The notes beneath the pieces are model-generated. The model saw only the letters and a list, made by a program, of their open reading frames with translations, had not been told where the DNA came from and did not search any database. Positions 20,169 to 29,512 of a stretch of DNA of 64,000 bases are shown piece by piece. Position 1 is the stretch's first letter, and each line of letters begins with the position of its first letter. Where the stretch lies: assembly GCA_964532205.1 (NCBI GenBank), contig CAZHGQ010000004.1:3118-67117 (forward strand), given 5' to 3'. The stretch is from an uncultured Candidatus Saccharibacteria bacterium. Lineage in GTDB: Bacteria; Patescibacteriota; Minisyncoccia; Phycocordibacterales; JAKAEA01. The position numbers were made by a program, and so were the translations under genes.

Positions 20169-20390
20169 TTAGATGATCTCTCCTTTTTTCTCAAGCATCA
20201 TATGATGGATTGTAGCAACCTGAAGCCACGTTGCGATAAGTATAAGTATTCCTGCGCAAAGCAAAGCGTCTACTTTAGTAACACCTAACACTGAATTATC
20301 AGCTCCTCCGAAAACTGCGGCTAGAAATGAAATTACTCCGATGAGACCAACTGCAACACTAGTGACATGCATTACTTTTGATATCTTCAT
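20169..20390 (-). CDS. Small membrane protein (2 TM)
   Basis: Hydrophobic 73-aa ORF inside the operon. Confidence 0.35.
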   Translation of the reverse strand: MKISKVMHVTSVAVGLIGVISFLAAVFGGADNSVLGVTKVDALLCAGILILIATWLQVATIHHMMLEKKGEII

Positions 20391-20418
20391 ATATTTATGT
20401 TAATTATTTTTTATAAGT

Positions 20419-21063
20419 TTACTTGTACCACTGAACATACCAAGACTGCATCTGTTGAATCTCCTTTGATTGTGAGGAGATAATGTTCTTTGCGAGCTGC
20501 TGCATTTCAGGACGATTTGTACCTGACTGAAGCATGTTCGCCATCATGATCGCCAACTGGTGATGAGGGATCATTTCTTCGATAAATGCTTTGTCGAAAT
20601 CAGAGGCATTTTCCAAAGCAGTCATATCTTCCTGACCACCCATATGCATTCCGCTTTGAGACATCATGCCGCCACCCATCATTCCTGTACTTACCTTTGG
20701 AACAGCACTACCAAACCAATCCTGATACCAGCCATTCATGCTTTGAATCTCTGCTGTCTGAGCTGCAATGATGGCCGTTGCTAGAGTTTTAATTTCAGGA
20801 CGCTTTGCTTTTTGGAGCGCAAGGTTTGCCATGGCGATAGCTCCCTCGTGGTGAGGAATCATCTGCTCAATGAAGTGCTTATCGATCGTGCTAGCGATTT
20901 GGTTGTTTCCAGTCACTCTTTGGTCATACGATGAGTTATTTCGCCAATTCATCATTCCGTAACTTCCGTATCGCATCATGGGATAAAACACTCCGGCAAG
21001 GAGAAGCCCTATCACGATCCCTCCGATACCGTATAAGATTTTGTTGTTTTGATTGTTGTTCAT
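20419..21063 (-). CDS. DUF305 family protein (duplicated FIxxMIPHHxxAIxMA motif)
   Basis: Two copies of the F(I/E)xMIPHH(E/Q)(G/L)AI.MAN motif; the family is copper-resistance linked. Confidence 0.7.
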   Translation of the reverse strand: MNNNQNNKILYGIGGIVIGLLLAGVFYPMMRYGSYGMMNWRNNSSYDQRVTGNNQIASTIDKHFIEQMIPHHEGAIAMANLALQKAKRPEIKTLATAIIAAQTAEIQSMNGWYQDWFGSAVPKVSTGMMGGGMMSQSGMHMGGQEDMTALENASDFDKAFIEEMIPHHQLAIMMANMLQSGTNRPEMQQLAKNIISSQSKEIQQMQSWYVQWYK

Positions 21064-21085
21064 ATTTTTGTAGTTAGATTAATAA

Positions 21086-21286
21086 TTATTCTCCGGCATA
21101 CTTCACAGGATCGGCTGTAAAGTGATTCTTACAGTGGATAGCGCAAAAGTAATAGGTTTTGCCTTTGTAATCTGCGCTTGCCTTAATGCTGTCCGCATCA
21201 AGCTCCATTCCGCAGACAAGATCGAATGCCACTGCCGGATCAAGATTTTTATACTTTTTGTTGCCTTTAAGCTTTTTTGTTTGCAT
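21086..21286 (-). CDS. YHS/TRASH-domain metal-binding protein
   Basis: DLVCGMELD...YYFCAIHCKNHF. Confidence 0.7.
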   Translation of the reverse strand: MQTKKLKGNKKYKNLDPAVAFDLVCGMELDADSIKASADYKGKTYYFCAIHCKNHFTADPVKYAGE

Positions 21287-21720
21287 AGATTTTTTAGATT
21301 AGAAATGGTAATAGAAACTCTATGCAAAGAGGGACTGTTTTCAAATAACGAAAGCCAACGAGTAATTTTCCGAGAACGACTAAGTTGCCGTTCCGGATCA
21401 AATCTAACTCGCCACAATAACCGACTGGCTAAGATAGAATCTCGATGTTTTATGTAAAAGAATCCTGCGCTGAGAAATACAGCAAACAGAAGTGCGAGCA
21501 ATAAGATAAGTGGAACTGATGGGACAACGCCGAAGAATGAGATGAACGCTTGGATATGATGTACCGACATTGCAGCAATGTTTTCCGGACATGGCGTGTT
21601 GTCTACGGCTGATGCAATACAACCGGTGACATGATTAGCCCCATGATTCATTGAGGTAAAACCGAACACCCCTATTACCAGGACACTTATGATTATTAGT
21701 AATGATAGGAGTTTTTTCAT
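21103..21720 (-). CDS. Membrane protein, paralog of 13229..13609; 3' portion overlaps the YHS gene in another frame, so true C-terminus is uncertain
   Basis: Shared motifs with 13229..13609. ORF continues about 60 aa beyond where the paralog stops. Confidence 0.45.
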   Translation of the reverse strand: MKKLLSLLIIISVLVIGVFGFTSMNHGANHVTGCIASAVDNTPCPENIAAMSVHHIQAFISFFGVVPSVPLILLLALLFAVFLSAGFFYIKHRDSILASRLLWRVRFDPERQLSRSRKITRWLSLFENSPSLHRVSITISNLKNLCKQKSLKATKSIKILIRQWHSILSAEWSLMRTALRQAQITKAKPITFALSTVRITLQPIL

Positions 21721-24050
21721 TATAGTTTTTTAGCCTTAATGCGAAGTGAGTTCGACACCACAGACACCGACGACATCGCCATGGCAAAGCCCGCGAATAC
21801 TGGATTTAAGAGCCAACCGAAGACCGGATACAAAGCCCCTGCCGCAAGCGGAATACCGACAATGTTGTAGATGAAAGCCCAAAATAGATTTTGTTTGATT
21901 CCTCGCATGGTGATCTTGGAGAGCTTGATAGCTTTTACAAGCTTTGAAATATCTCCGCCAAGAAGCGTAATGCCGGCCGATTCAATAGCTACATCAGTTC
22001 CGGTCCCCATGGCAATACCTACATCCGCTTGGGCAAGCGCAGGGGCATCGTTTACTCCGTCACCGGCCATTGCAACCACTCGACCCTGTGATTGTAATTC
22101 CTGAATCTTTTTCAGTTTATCTTCAGGAAGCACGTGAGCAACTACATCATCAATACCGACAAGAGATGCAATGTACTTAGCGGCCTTTTCATCATCACCG
22201 GTAAGCATAACCACTTTGATACCAAGAGCATGAAGATTCTTCACCGCTTCAACTGATTCAGTTTTTATTTCATCGGCAACCATAACAAAGCCAAGGACTT
22301 TCTCTTCGGTAGCTAGAATGACCGGAGTTTTTCCCTGAGAAGTAAATTCTTTAAGTTTTGCTGTATCGAATGGAATTTTAAGATCACTTACGAGCTTTGC
22401 ATTACCGACAAAGTATTCAATGCCGTTGATTGATCCTTTCAATCCTTTGCCCTGAATACCTTCAAAGTTTGAAACATCCGATACAGAGATATTCTTTTCT
22501 TGCACATAATTCACTATCGCATGAGCAATCGGATGTTCTGATTTTTTCTCAAGCGATGCAAGAATCGATACGAACTCTTCATCTTTTAAACCCGAATGAT
22601 TTTGTATATCTACGAGAGTTGGTTTCCCCTTAGTGATGGTCCCTGTCTTATCAACCACCACAGTATTTACCTTATGGAGTTTCTCAAGAGTTGCCGCATC
22701 TTTGATGAGGATACCTTCCTTAGCTCCTTTACCAACACCAACAATGATTGCTGTGGGTGTAGCTAAACCAAGAGCACATGGGCATGCAATAACGAGAATA
22801 CCAACAAATGAGACAAGTCCGAATGAGAGAGCTTGAGAGAATCCAAGATATTGCGAACCGAAGATAAGCCACGCGCCGAGAGTAAGAAAAGCGATTACTA
22901 GAACGATAGGCACAAAGACTGACGAGATTTTATCTGCGAGTGCCTGGATTGGCGCTTTACTACCTTGAGCGTCTTCAACCATTTTTATGATTTGGGCGAG
23001 AAGGGTTTCAGACCCAACTTTTGTAGCTTTGAATGTAAATGAGCCGCTTGTGTTGATGGTCCCAGAAACAACACTATCGCCAATTTTCTTCTGTGCCGGC
23101 ATTGGCTCGCCGGTAACCATGGATTCATCGATAAAAGAGCTACCCTCGGTAATGACACCGTCAACAGGAATCTTTGCGCCTGGCTTAACGATAATGAGAT
23201 CGCCATGTTTTACGTCGTTTACGGAAATCTCCACCTCTTTTCCATCTCGAATGATCAACGCCGTCTTTGCCTGAAGATTAAGTAATTTTTCTATAGCATC
23301 ACCTGTCTTTATTTTCGATCGAGCCTCAAGATATTTGCCGAGAGCGATAAAGGTAATAACTACGATCGTCACATCGTAGTATTGGTAGTCCACGTTTATG
23401 AATGGTCGCAGAGCTTCCTCGAAAGCGGTTACCGCAAAGCTATATAAAAAGGCGGCCGAAGTTCCAATACCGATGAGCGTATCCATATTTGCCTTGCCGT
23501 ATCGAAGAAATCTATAAAATCCCATGAGATAGGGTTTGCCGACGACAAAGAGAATGTATGTAGCGAGGATCGGGAGAAGATGGTGAATAAACTCTTTGAT
23601 TGTATAGCTCATTTCAGGGACTGCTTTATACTGAGCGAGAATGTCCCAAGCCATCACGAGTGCCGCAAAAATTGCCAAGGGAATGGCCGAGAAGACCTTT
23701 GTTCGCATATCAGCAACTTCAGCAAGCTTTTCTTTCTTTGATTGGTTTAGCCCGAGGTGTGCAGCATGCTCATCGGCCGACATGCCCATTTCTTCGGCTG
23801 ATTGACCGCCATGGTCGTGCGACATCTCTTGGTCTAGAGCCAGGGAGTATCCAAGCGGTTCTATTTTCTTTGAAAGCTCTTGTGCGCTTGTTTTTGATTC
23901 ATCAAAAGCCACCTTTGCCTTTTCGGTCCCATAATTCACTTCAGCAGAGTGGACCCCTTCTGTTTTCTTAAAGGTTTTCTCGATAATACCAGCGCATGAA
24001 GCGCAATGCATTCCTTTTACTCTGTAAGTTTTAGCTTGTGGATGATTCAT
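21720..24050 (-). CDS. copA: Copper-translocating P1B-type ATPase; start moved to Met at 24050 (MNHPQAKTY...)
   Basis: HMA GMHCASCAG, CPCALGLATP, DKTGTIT, GDGVNDAPAL. Confidence 0.9.
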   Translation of the reverse strand: MNHPQAKTYRVKGMHCASCAGIIEKTFKKTEGVHSAEVNYGTEKAKVAFDESKTSAQELSKKIEPLGYSLALDQEMSHDHGGQSAEEMGMSADEHAAHLGLNQSKKEKLAEVADMRTKVFSAIPLAIFAALVMAWDILAQYKAVPEMSYTIKEFIHHLLPILATYILFVVGKPYLMGFYRFLRYGKANMDTLIGIGTSAAFLYSFAVTAFEEALRPFINVDYQYYDVTIVVITFIALGKYLEARSKIKTGDAIEKLLNLQAKTALIIRDGKEVEISVNDVKHGDLIIVKPGAKIPVDGVITEGSSFIDESMVTGEPMPAQKKIGDSVVSGTINTSGSFTFKATKVGSETLLAQIIKMVEDAQGSKAPIQALADKISSVFVPIVLVIAFLTLGAWLIFGSQYLGFSQALSFGLVSFVGILVIACPCALGLATPTAIIVGVGKGAKEGILIKDAATLEKLHKVNTVVVDKTGTITKGKPTLVDIQNHSGLKDEEFVSILASLEKKSEHPIAHAIVNYVQEKNISVSDVSNFEGIQGKGLKGSINGIEYFVGNAKLVSDLKIPFDTAKLKEFTSQGKTPVILATEEKVLGFVMVADEIKTESVEAVKNLHALGIKVVMLTGDDEKAAKYIASLVGIDDVVAHVLPEDKLKKIQELQSQGRVVAMAGDGVNDAPALAQADVGIAMGTGTDVAIESAGITLLGGDISKLVKAIKLSKITMRGIKQNLFWAFIYNIVGIPLAAGALYPVFGWLLNPVFAGFAMAMSSVSVVSNSLRIKAKKL

Positions 24051-24054
24051 ATTT

Positions 24055-24327
24055 TTATTTGCGCTTAAGTTTATAAACCTTAAGAATCTCATCAACTGCT
24101 TTCTTCTCACTGCCATGTTTCATCTGATGGACCACATGTGTAGAGAGATGGTTTTCAAGAACTAGATTCTCAATTCCAGTAAGCGCCTCTTTGATGGCCG
24201 AAACTTGGGTAATAATGTCGATACAATATTTCTCATCCTCAACCATCTTCTGCAAACCCCTGATTTGTCCCTCAGTAATTTTTAATCGGCGAATAGCTTT
24301 TGTTTTGATGTCTTGTCTCATACCCAC
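24055..24327 (-). CDS. csoR: CsoR/RcnR-family metal-sensing transcriptional repressor
   Basis: RLKITEGQIRGLQKMVEDEKYCIDIITQVSAIKEAL ... H..H pattern of DUF156/CsoR. Confidence 0.8.
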   Translation of the reverse strand: MGMRQDIKTKAIRRLKITEGQIRGLQKMVEDEKYCIDIITQVSAIKEALTGIENLVLENHLSTHVVHQMKHGSEKKAVDEILKVYKLKRK

Positions 24328-24365
24328 ATGATACCCCTAGGGGGTATATACTGTCAAATCAAGCA

Positions 24366-24992
24366 ATGGCGTATTGGAAAAAAGACGAATCCATTGTAGA
24401 TTTGTATCAAATTACTATTACTATGACGCCGGTCCAGAAGATACAATTCATCAAAGTTTTAATCCATGAAAGAGCTCTGATAAGTCCTGCTGGTATTTTG
24501 AAGTTACAGCTCAAGGATCAGCCATCGTTGTCGGTAAAAGAGCAGATTCTTATTTTGAAAAAACTTGAGCAAGAAGGTCTTATTGGCGATCTGAATGTTA
24601 TCGGCAAAGCAGTTAGTTTCTGGGTGATAAGCACCTTTGCCAATTATTTAAATGAAAATAAAGTTGATACCGACGTCATTACAATCGAAATTGGGACCAA
24701 TGCCCTCTCTATTGATAAGGTCACTGCTGCGGTCCGCTTGAATACTGTTGAGGCTATCTTTAATCCAAAGAGTCAGGAGTTCGAGACCTTGCTCAAACTC
24801 GCCACTACCAAGAATCATCAGGTCACCTATACTGATATCCTCGGAGAATCTGTTTCTAAAACTACTAAACGCAACCTTACTTTTGTAATCAGAAATATTA
24901 AAGAGGTACTCGGTATCCTTCCAGCCAAGAAAGCTAAAAATAAGGACATCATCAAGAATATTAAAGGCTTAGGCTACAAGCTGATTACCTGA
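24366..24992 (+). CDS. Hypothetical protein, possible C-terminal winged-helix (NIKGLGYKL)
   Basis: Clean ORF. Weak OmpR-C-like ending. Confidence 0.35.
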   Translation: MAYWKKDESIVDLYQITITMTPVQKIQFIKVLIHERALISPAGILKLQLKDQPSLSVKEQILILKKLEQEGLIGDLNVIGKAVSFWVISTFANYLNENKVDTDVITIEIGTNALSIDKVTAAVRLNTVEAIFNPKSQEFETLLKLATTKNHQVTYTDILGESVSKTTKRNLTFVIRNIKEVLGILPAKKAKNKDIIKNIKGLGYKLIT

Positions 24993-25118
24993 TCACATTG
25001 AACCCACACTAAACCCATAATCATTCCGTCCACCTTTCTCCTTCGGACGAATAAAGTCAGAGCGTAATGCTTTGGCTTTTTTGTTTAGAGCATTAATTAC
25101 TAACTAACAACATTACTC

Positions 25119-25391
25119 ATGATTAAAAAACGGAGTTGGTCCCAGCCCGAAGCTGATGGACCTGATGTGTTCACAACCTATGACCTTGGAGTATCAGCGG
25201 CACTCATGTGCCTAGGTTACAAGCTTATCCGCTTGGACCGAGACGATCCTCGCAAGGCTCTTTTCGTATTCAAGCGAGAGGCAGAAATTGATAATTATGC
25301 CAATCAATATTTTTCAGACCAACTGAAAGTCAAAGCTCGGTCGTTCTTTGACAGCATCAAGGCTCTCAAGAACAAACTCTACTCGGAATAG
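25119..25391 (+). CDS. Small DUF5659-like mobile-element protein
   Basis: TTYDLGVSAALMCLGYKLIRLDR...ALFVFK pattern. Confidence 0.35.
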   Translation: MIKKRSWSQPEADGPDVFTTYDLGVSAALMCLGYKLIRLDRDDPRKALFVFKREAEIDNYANQYFSDQLKVKARSFFDSIKALKNKLYSE

Positions 25392-25393
25392 CC

Positions 25394-25678
25394 ATGGTCC
25401 TGACCGATGCAGACATTGCAAAGTTTCAGGCACTCTACCGAAGCGAATTCGGTAAGGAAATATGTGCTGAACAAGCCTACGAGCAAGGTATCAAACTTGT
25501 GCGGCTTATGTCTGCCATCTATCGGCCAATGACCGAAGAACAATTTGAAAAGATTCAGAAACACAGAGTAGCTACGCTCCCTTTATTAATCAATAAAATT
25601 ACCCAAGATGACCTGGAATCCAGACCCCAATTCGTGGAAGGATCGCAAGAGAATGAGAGCAACAAGCCTGTTGCGTGA
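25394..25678 (+). CDS. Hypothetical protein
   Basis: ORF only. Confidence 0.3.
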   Translation: MVLTDADIAKFQALYRSEFGKEICAEQAYEQGIKLVRLMSAIYRPMTEEQFEKIQKHRVATLPLLINKITQDDLESRPQFVEGSQENESNKPVA

Positions 25679-26555
25679 TATCCCTTTTGATCGACTCCGT
25701 CCAAAGGATAAACCAACTCGTTACTTTGTAGATAATGAGTATGTTGATGGTTGGTATGTAGCGAAGCTCCCCAGACTTTGTGGTGCCGTTTTGGATGTTC
25801 TCTTGCGGCATTGCAATACTGAAACTCAAGGAGCTTTTCCAAGTATCAAACGTATAAAGAAACTTACTGGTGAAAATAATCCAACGAGCATAAGCAAAGC
25901 AATTCAGATTCTTGAAGATCATGAAATTATTATTGTCCAAAGAAGCCAACAGGGTTTTGGCAGGTCCAACCTGTACGCATTTCAAAGTTCAATCTACTGG
26001 AAACCCTTGGATGAACACTCGAAGCGTATTAAGTTATCAACTTGGAAAGGAAGATATCAAAAAGGAAGGAACCATGATATCAAACCCAATGATAATTCAG
26101 GAAAAAGTAGTGAAATTGATACTCTAACTAACCTAAATAATAATTCTCCTAAAGATTTAACTAACCAAATACGGTCCTTGGCTGACCAGATGAGAATAAA
26201 CAAAAAGCCACAGAGAGTTGCTATTCCAGAGGGTTCTGGCAATACTTGGGTTCCACCTTGGCACAGGCCTGACAACAAGGGAAATTTAGGGCAAAATAGG
26301 GACAATAATGCACCTGTAAGTACAGGAGAAATGCAGGGTGAGGGTAGTATCAATATTGATATCATTGAATCCGTAATAACGGGAAATTTACGGGAAGTGA
26401 ATGATAACAATTCTGATATCATCCAGCCGTTAAAAAACGGTGAAAAAACGGATACGTTAGACGAAATAGAGCGGAATAAAGCGGAAGAGGATAAGAATTC
26501 AATCTACCTTCCAAACATCAGGGATGAGGACATAAGTGCAGGAACAGCAGGATAA
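25608..26555 (+). CDS. Winged-helix DNA-binding protein, possible element replication/regulatory protein; start likely internal
   Basis: FPSIKRIKKLTGENNPTSISKAIQILEDHEIIIV resembles a wHTH; low-complexity C-terminus. Confidence 0.4.
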   Translation: MTWNPDPNSWKDRKRMRATSLLRDIPFDRLRPKDKPTRYFVDNEYVDGWYVAKLPRLCGAVLDVLLRHCNTETQGAFPSIKRIKKLTGENNPTSISKAIQILEDHEIIIVQRSQQGFGRSNLYAFQSSIYWKPLDEHSKRIKLSTWKGRYQKGRNHDIKPNDNSGKSSEIDTLTNLNNNSPKDLTNQIRSLADQMRINKKPQRVAIPEGSGNTWVPPWHRPDNKGNLGQNRDNNAPVSTGEMQGEGSINIDIIESVITGNLREVNDNNSDIIQPLKNGEKTDTLDEIERNKAEEDKNSIYLPNIRDEDISAGTAG

Positions 26556-26561
26556 ATTACT

Positions 26562-28154
26562 ATGAACCAAACTACTCCACGAATACTCTACATATACGCC
26601 AGAAAATCCTCTGAAAGTGAGGACCGGCAAGTTCAATCTATCGACGATCAGGTGAACCGCCTAAAGGAGCTGGCAAACAGTCTGGGAATCACTATCAAAG
26701 AGGTTCTGACAGAAGCTAAGTCTGCCAAGAAGCCGTATTGCCGACCAGTCTTCGATGACATGCTCAAACGCATTCAGCGAGGTGAGGCTGATGGCATTCT
26801 TTGTTGGCAACTTAATCGACTTTCTCGAAACCCCGTTGATAGCGGAGCTCTTAGCTGGATGTTGCAGCAAGGAGTTTTAAAATGTATTCAAACAATTGAT
26901 CGTCAATATTTACCTGATGATAACGTCCTTCTTTTTAGTGTTGAAAGTGGGATGGCAAATCAATTTATTATTGATCTTAAGAAAAACAGCATGCGAGGAA
27001 TGGTTGGAAAAGCTGATCGAGGTTGGCTACCCTCTCGTGCTCCGATGGGATATTTAAATGACAAACTCGAACATACAATCATCGAAGATAAGGACCGTTT
27101 TGATTTGGTCCGAAAGATGTGGGACGTGATGCTTACCGGCAATTACACTCCTTCTCAAATTTTAAAGACTGCAAATGATAAGTGGGGCTTTAGAACTCCC
27201 AAAACAAAACGAAGTGGTGGCGGTGAACTTGCCAACAGCATGATTTATAAGATATTCACCAACATCTTCTATACCGGCATGTTTGAATGGGCTGGAAAGC
27301 TGTATAAGGGCAACCATAAGCCCATGATTAGCCTTGAGGAGTTCGATCGGGTCCAAGCTATCCTGGGCCGAAACGGTAAGCCACGCGGCCAGACTCATGA
27401 GTTTGCATACACTGGCCTTATTTACTGTGAAGAATGTGGCTCGATGTATACCGCAAGTGAAAAAACCAAGTGGGTTGAAAGTGAAAAGAAGTTTAAAACA
27501 TATATTTACTATAACTGCACACGACGTAAGAAAGGAATCACCTGTACGCAAAGAAAACCGATTACGCTCGAAAAACTTGAGGAACAAGTAGACATTCAAC
27601 TTGAGCGATACAGCATTCTTCCTAAATTTAAAGATTGGGCTCTTGAGATTTTGAACAGAGAAAATAATAAAGAGATTGAGGACCGAACCAAGGTCTACGA
27701 GACACAGCATAAAGCAGTCGCCGAAACTCAAAAAGAAATCGACGCTCTTACCAAGATGCGTTATCGAGAATTGATTGATGATGAGACCTTTGTGAAAGAA
27801 CGTGACGATTTGAAAGCAAAACTTACCAAGTTAAAGGCCAATCTGCACAATACCGAAAACCGAGCCGAGAAGTGGCTAGAACTTACTGATAAGACATTTA
27901 ACTTTGCCTGCTATGCACGAGAAAACTTTAATTCTGGGACCTTGGAGAAGAAGCGAGAAATCTTTGCAGCACTTGGTTGGAACTTTTCAATAAAAGACAA
28001 AATAGTGAGCATTAAAGCCAATGATTGGTTTGTTCCAATAGAAAAAGCTTACCCAGAGCTTGAAGCTGAATATCGTCGGTTGGAACTACAAAAATACCTT
28101 TCAGCTGAGGCACGAAATGCTGCTTTTGCCTCACTCATTCTACGTTGGGGTTAG
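26562..28154 (+). CDS. Large serine recombinase rec1 (resolvase N-domain, recombinase domain, zinc ribbon, coiled coil)
   Basis: YARKSSESEDRQVQSIDDQ catalytic-Ser region. CEECGSMY...YYNCTRRKKGITC zinc ribbon. About 60% identical over the N-domain to 60008..61657. Stop codon lies inside the 268-bp inverted repeat. Confidence 0.85.
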   Translation: MNQTTPRILYIYARKSSESEDRQVQSIDDQVNRLKELANSLGITIKEVLTEAKSAKKPYCRPVFDDMLKRIQRGEADGILCWQLNRLSRNPVDSGALSWMLQQGVLKCIQTIDRQYLPDDNVLLFSVESGMANQFIIDLKKNSMRGMVGKADRGWLPSRAPMGYLNDKLEHTIIEDKDRFDLVRKMWDVMLTGNYTPSQILKTANDKWGFRTPKTKRSGGGELANSMIYKIFTNIFYTGMFEWAGKLYKGNHKPMISLEEFDRVQAILGRNGKPRGQTHEFAYTGLIYCEECGSMYTASEKTKWVESEKKFKTYIYYNCTRRKKGITCTQRKPITLEKLEEQVDIQLERYSILPKFKDWALEILNRENNKEIEDRTKVYETQHKAVAETQKEIDALTKMRYRELIDDETFVKERDDLKAKLTKLKANLHNTENRAEKWLELTDKTFNFACYARENFNSGTLEKKREIFAALGWNFSIKDKIVSIKANDWFVPIEKAYPELEAEYRRLELQKYLSAEARNAAFASLILRWG

Positions 28155-28414
28155 TCACTGCGCGCGACTCGATGCTTACTCTGCCCTCGGTAGGAATCGA
28201 ACAATTGGTAAAGGACAACGCCGCTCCACGGGTTCCTCACACCCCTCCAAGGGGGTGGAGGCCCACTACCTTCAAACCAGCGCTCTGTTGAGCGCTCATT
28301 CGTTCGTTGTGTTGAATTTGCCACCCCCGACTACCCGCCTCACGGCCCCTCACGGGGCTCACGCGGGTCACCCGGCTCACGCACCCGCACGCCGCTCAAC
28401 CACACGGGGTGGAG
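28147..28414 (+). repeat. 268-bp perfect inverted repeat, left copy (partner at 59561..59828)
   Basis: Compared base by base with the reverse complement of 59561..59828; identical over 268 bp. Confidence 0.85.
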
Positions 28415-28443
28415 TGAATACGCGAATCACAGCAGCGACATTA

Positions 28444-28461
28444 AGGACATTCAGATGTCCT
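28444..28461. promoter_or_regulatory. Perfect palindrome AGGACAT-N4-ATGTCCT about 130 bp upstream of the Pycsar-like effector gene; candidate operator
   Basis: Seen directly (aggacattcagatgtcct). Confidence 0.3.
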
Positions 28462-28588
28462 TTACCTGTACCACTACACGAGGTCAGCCACGCTACCTTC
28501 CAATGAAGAAAAGACACAGTCACCAAATCGCATTTGTCAATCTGAACTTCGCAGCAGTTTGAACGAATAAACACTATACTTACATCCC

Positions 28589-29497
28589 ATGATTGAGCGA
28601 TTCACGGGACCAAACGGCGGGGCAACGCTTAGTGACGCCATGTTGCAACAACGTATCGTCCAGCATGATGATGCGATTGCAAGGAAATTTATCGGATTAG
28701 GAACGCTGAATGAATACCAAGCTGGCAATGTGTTGATGGAACAGGCAGCCGCCGACGAAGCCGTTTTCTTCATTCTGGCTGGCGAAGTCAACGTTGAAGT
28801 AAATGGCCGGACCGTTGGTATCCGCACGGCTACTGAAACCGTGGGCGAAATTGCCGCCGTTGATCCCACTGCCCCACGGTCTGCAACCGTTCGCGCCGCA
28901 GGCGAAGTCGTGACGCTTCGCGTTGGGTCCGCTGACTTCATCAAAATTGCCGATGAACATCCCAAGGTGTGGAGAGCCACAGCACGAGTCATTGCTGATC
29001 GGCTCCGGCAACGGCATCGATTTCATCGTCCGCCTAATGCAAAGCCCATTCTGTTTGTGGGGTCTAGCGTCGAAGGGCTGGAAATCGCTAAGCACATCCA
29101 ACTTGGCATGAAGCATGACCCGGTAGAAGTTCGCATCTGGTCGAACGGGGTGTTCGGTCCTTCAAGCGTAACAGTCGACAAGTTACTTGCGCAAGTTGAC
29201 CAGTGCGATTTCGCCGCGTTTGTGTTCGGACCAGACGATCGCGTTGCGAGCAGGGACGAAAAATACGAAGCGCCTCGCGACAACGTTATTTTTGAAATGG
29301 GCATGTTTTTGGCCCGGCTTGGCTTGGACCGGACGTACATGGTGAAGGAACAGCGAACCGATTTGAAAATCCCCTCCGATCTTTTGGGGATTGCACCGTT
29401 GACATATGTTGCCGACGCCAAAACCAAAATCGACGTTACTCTCGGCCCCGTCTGCACGGAACTAGCTAAAAAATTGCGTGAATTGGGCTCAATCTGA
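28589..29497 (+). CDS. cNMP-binding domain fused to TIR-like/N-deoxyribosyltransferase-like effector domain (Pycsar effector-like)
   Basis: N-terminal cyclic-nucleotide-binding signature (FFILAGEVNVEVNG...VGEIAAV...RSATVRA). C-terminal ILFVGSS...FVFGPDD...NVIFEMGMFLARLG resembles the catalytic-Glu region of TIR/SLOG NADase-type domains. Confidence 0.65.
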   Translation: MIERFTGPNGGATLSDAMLQQRIVQHDDAIARKFIGLGTLNEYQAGNVLMEQAAADEAVFFILAGEVNVEVNGRTVGIRTATETVGEIAAVDPTAPRSATVRAAGEVVTLRVGSADFIKIADEHPKVWRATARVIADRLRQRHRFHRPPNAKPILFVGSSVEGLEIAKHIQLGMKHDPVEVRIWSNGVFGPSSVTVDKLLAQVDQCDFAAFVFGPDDRVASRDEKYEAPRDNVIFEMGMFLARLGLDRTYMVKEQRTDLKIPSDLLGIAPLTYVADAKTKIDVTLGPVCTELAKKLRELGSI

Positions 29498-29512
29498 AGA
29501 AGGATTACTGGA

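Noticed and set aside
28150-28440. Possible tRNA or tmRNA fragment inside the inverted repeat (ggaatcgaaca resembles a T-loop complement)
   Set aside because: Attempted folding: the putative T stem (AATTG/CCTAC) does not pair and no acceptor or anticodon arms could be built. Treated as a recombination or iteron sequence instead.
28060-28506. 148-aa ORF spanning the inverted repeat
   Set aside because: Low-complexity Pro/His/Ala-rich translation of a GC-rich repeat. Its mirror ORFs exist only because of the inverted repeat. Likely non-coding.
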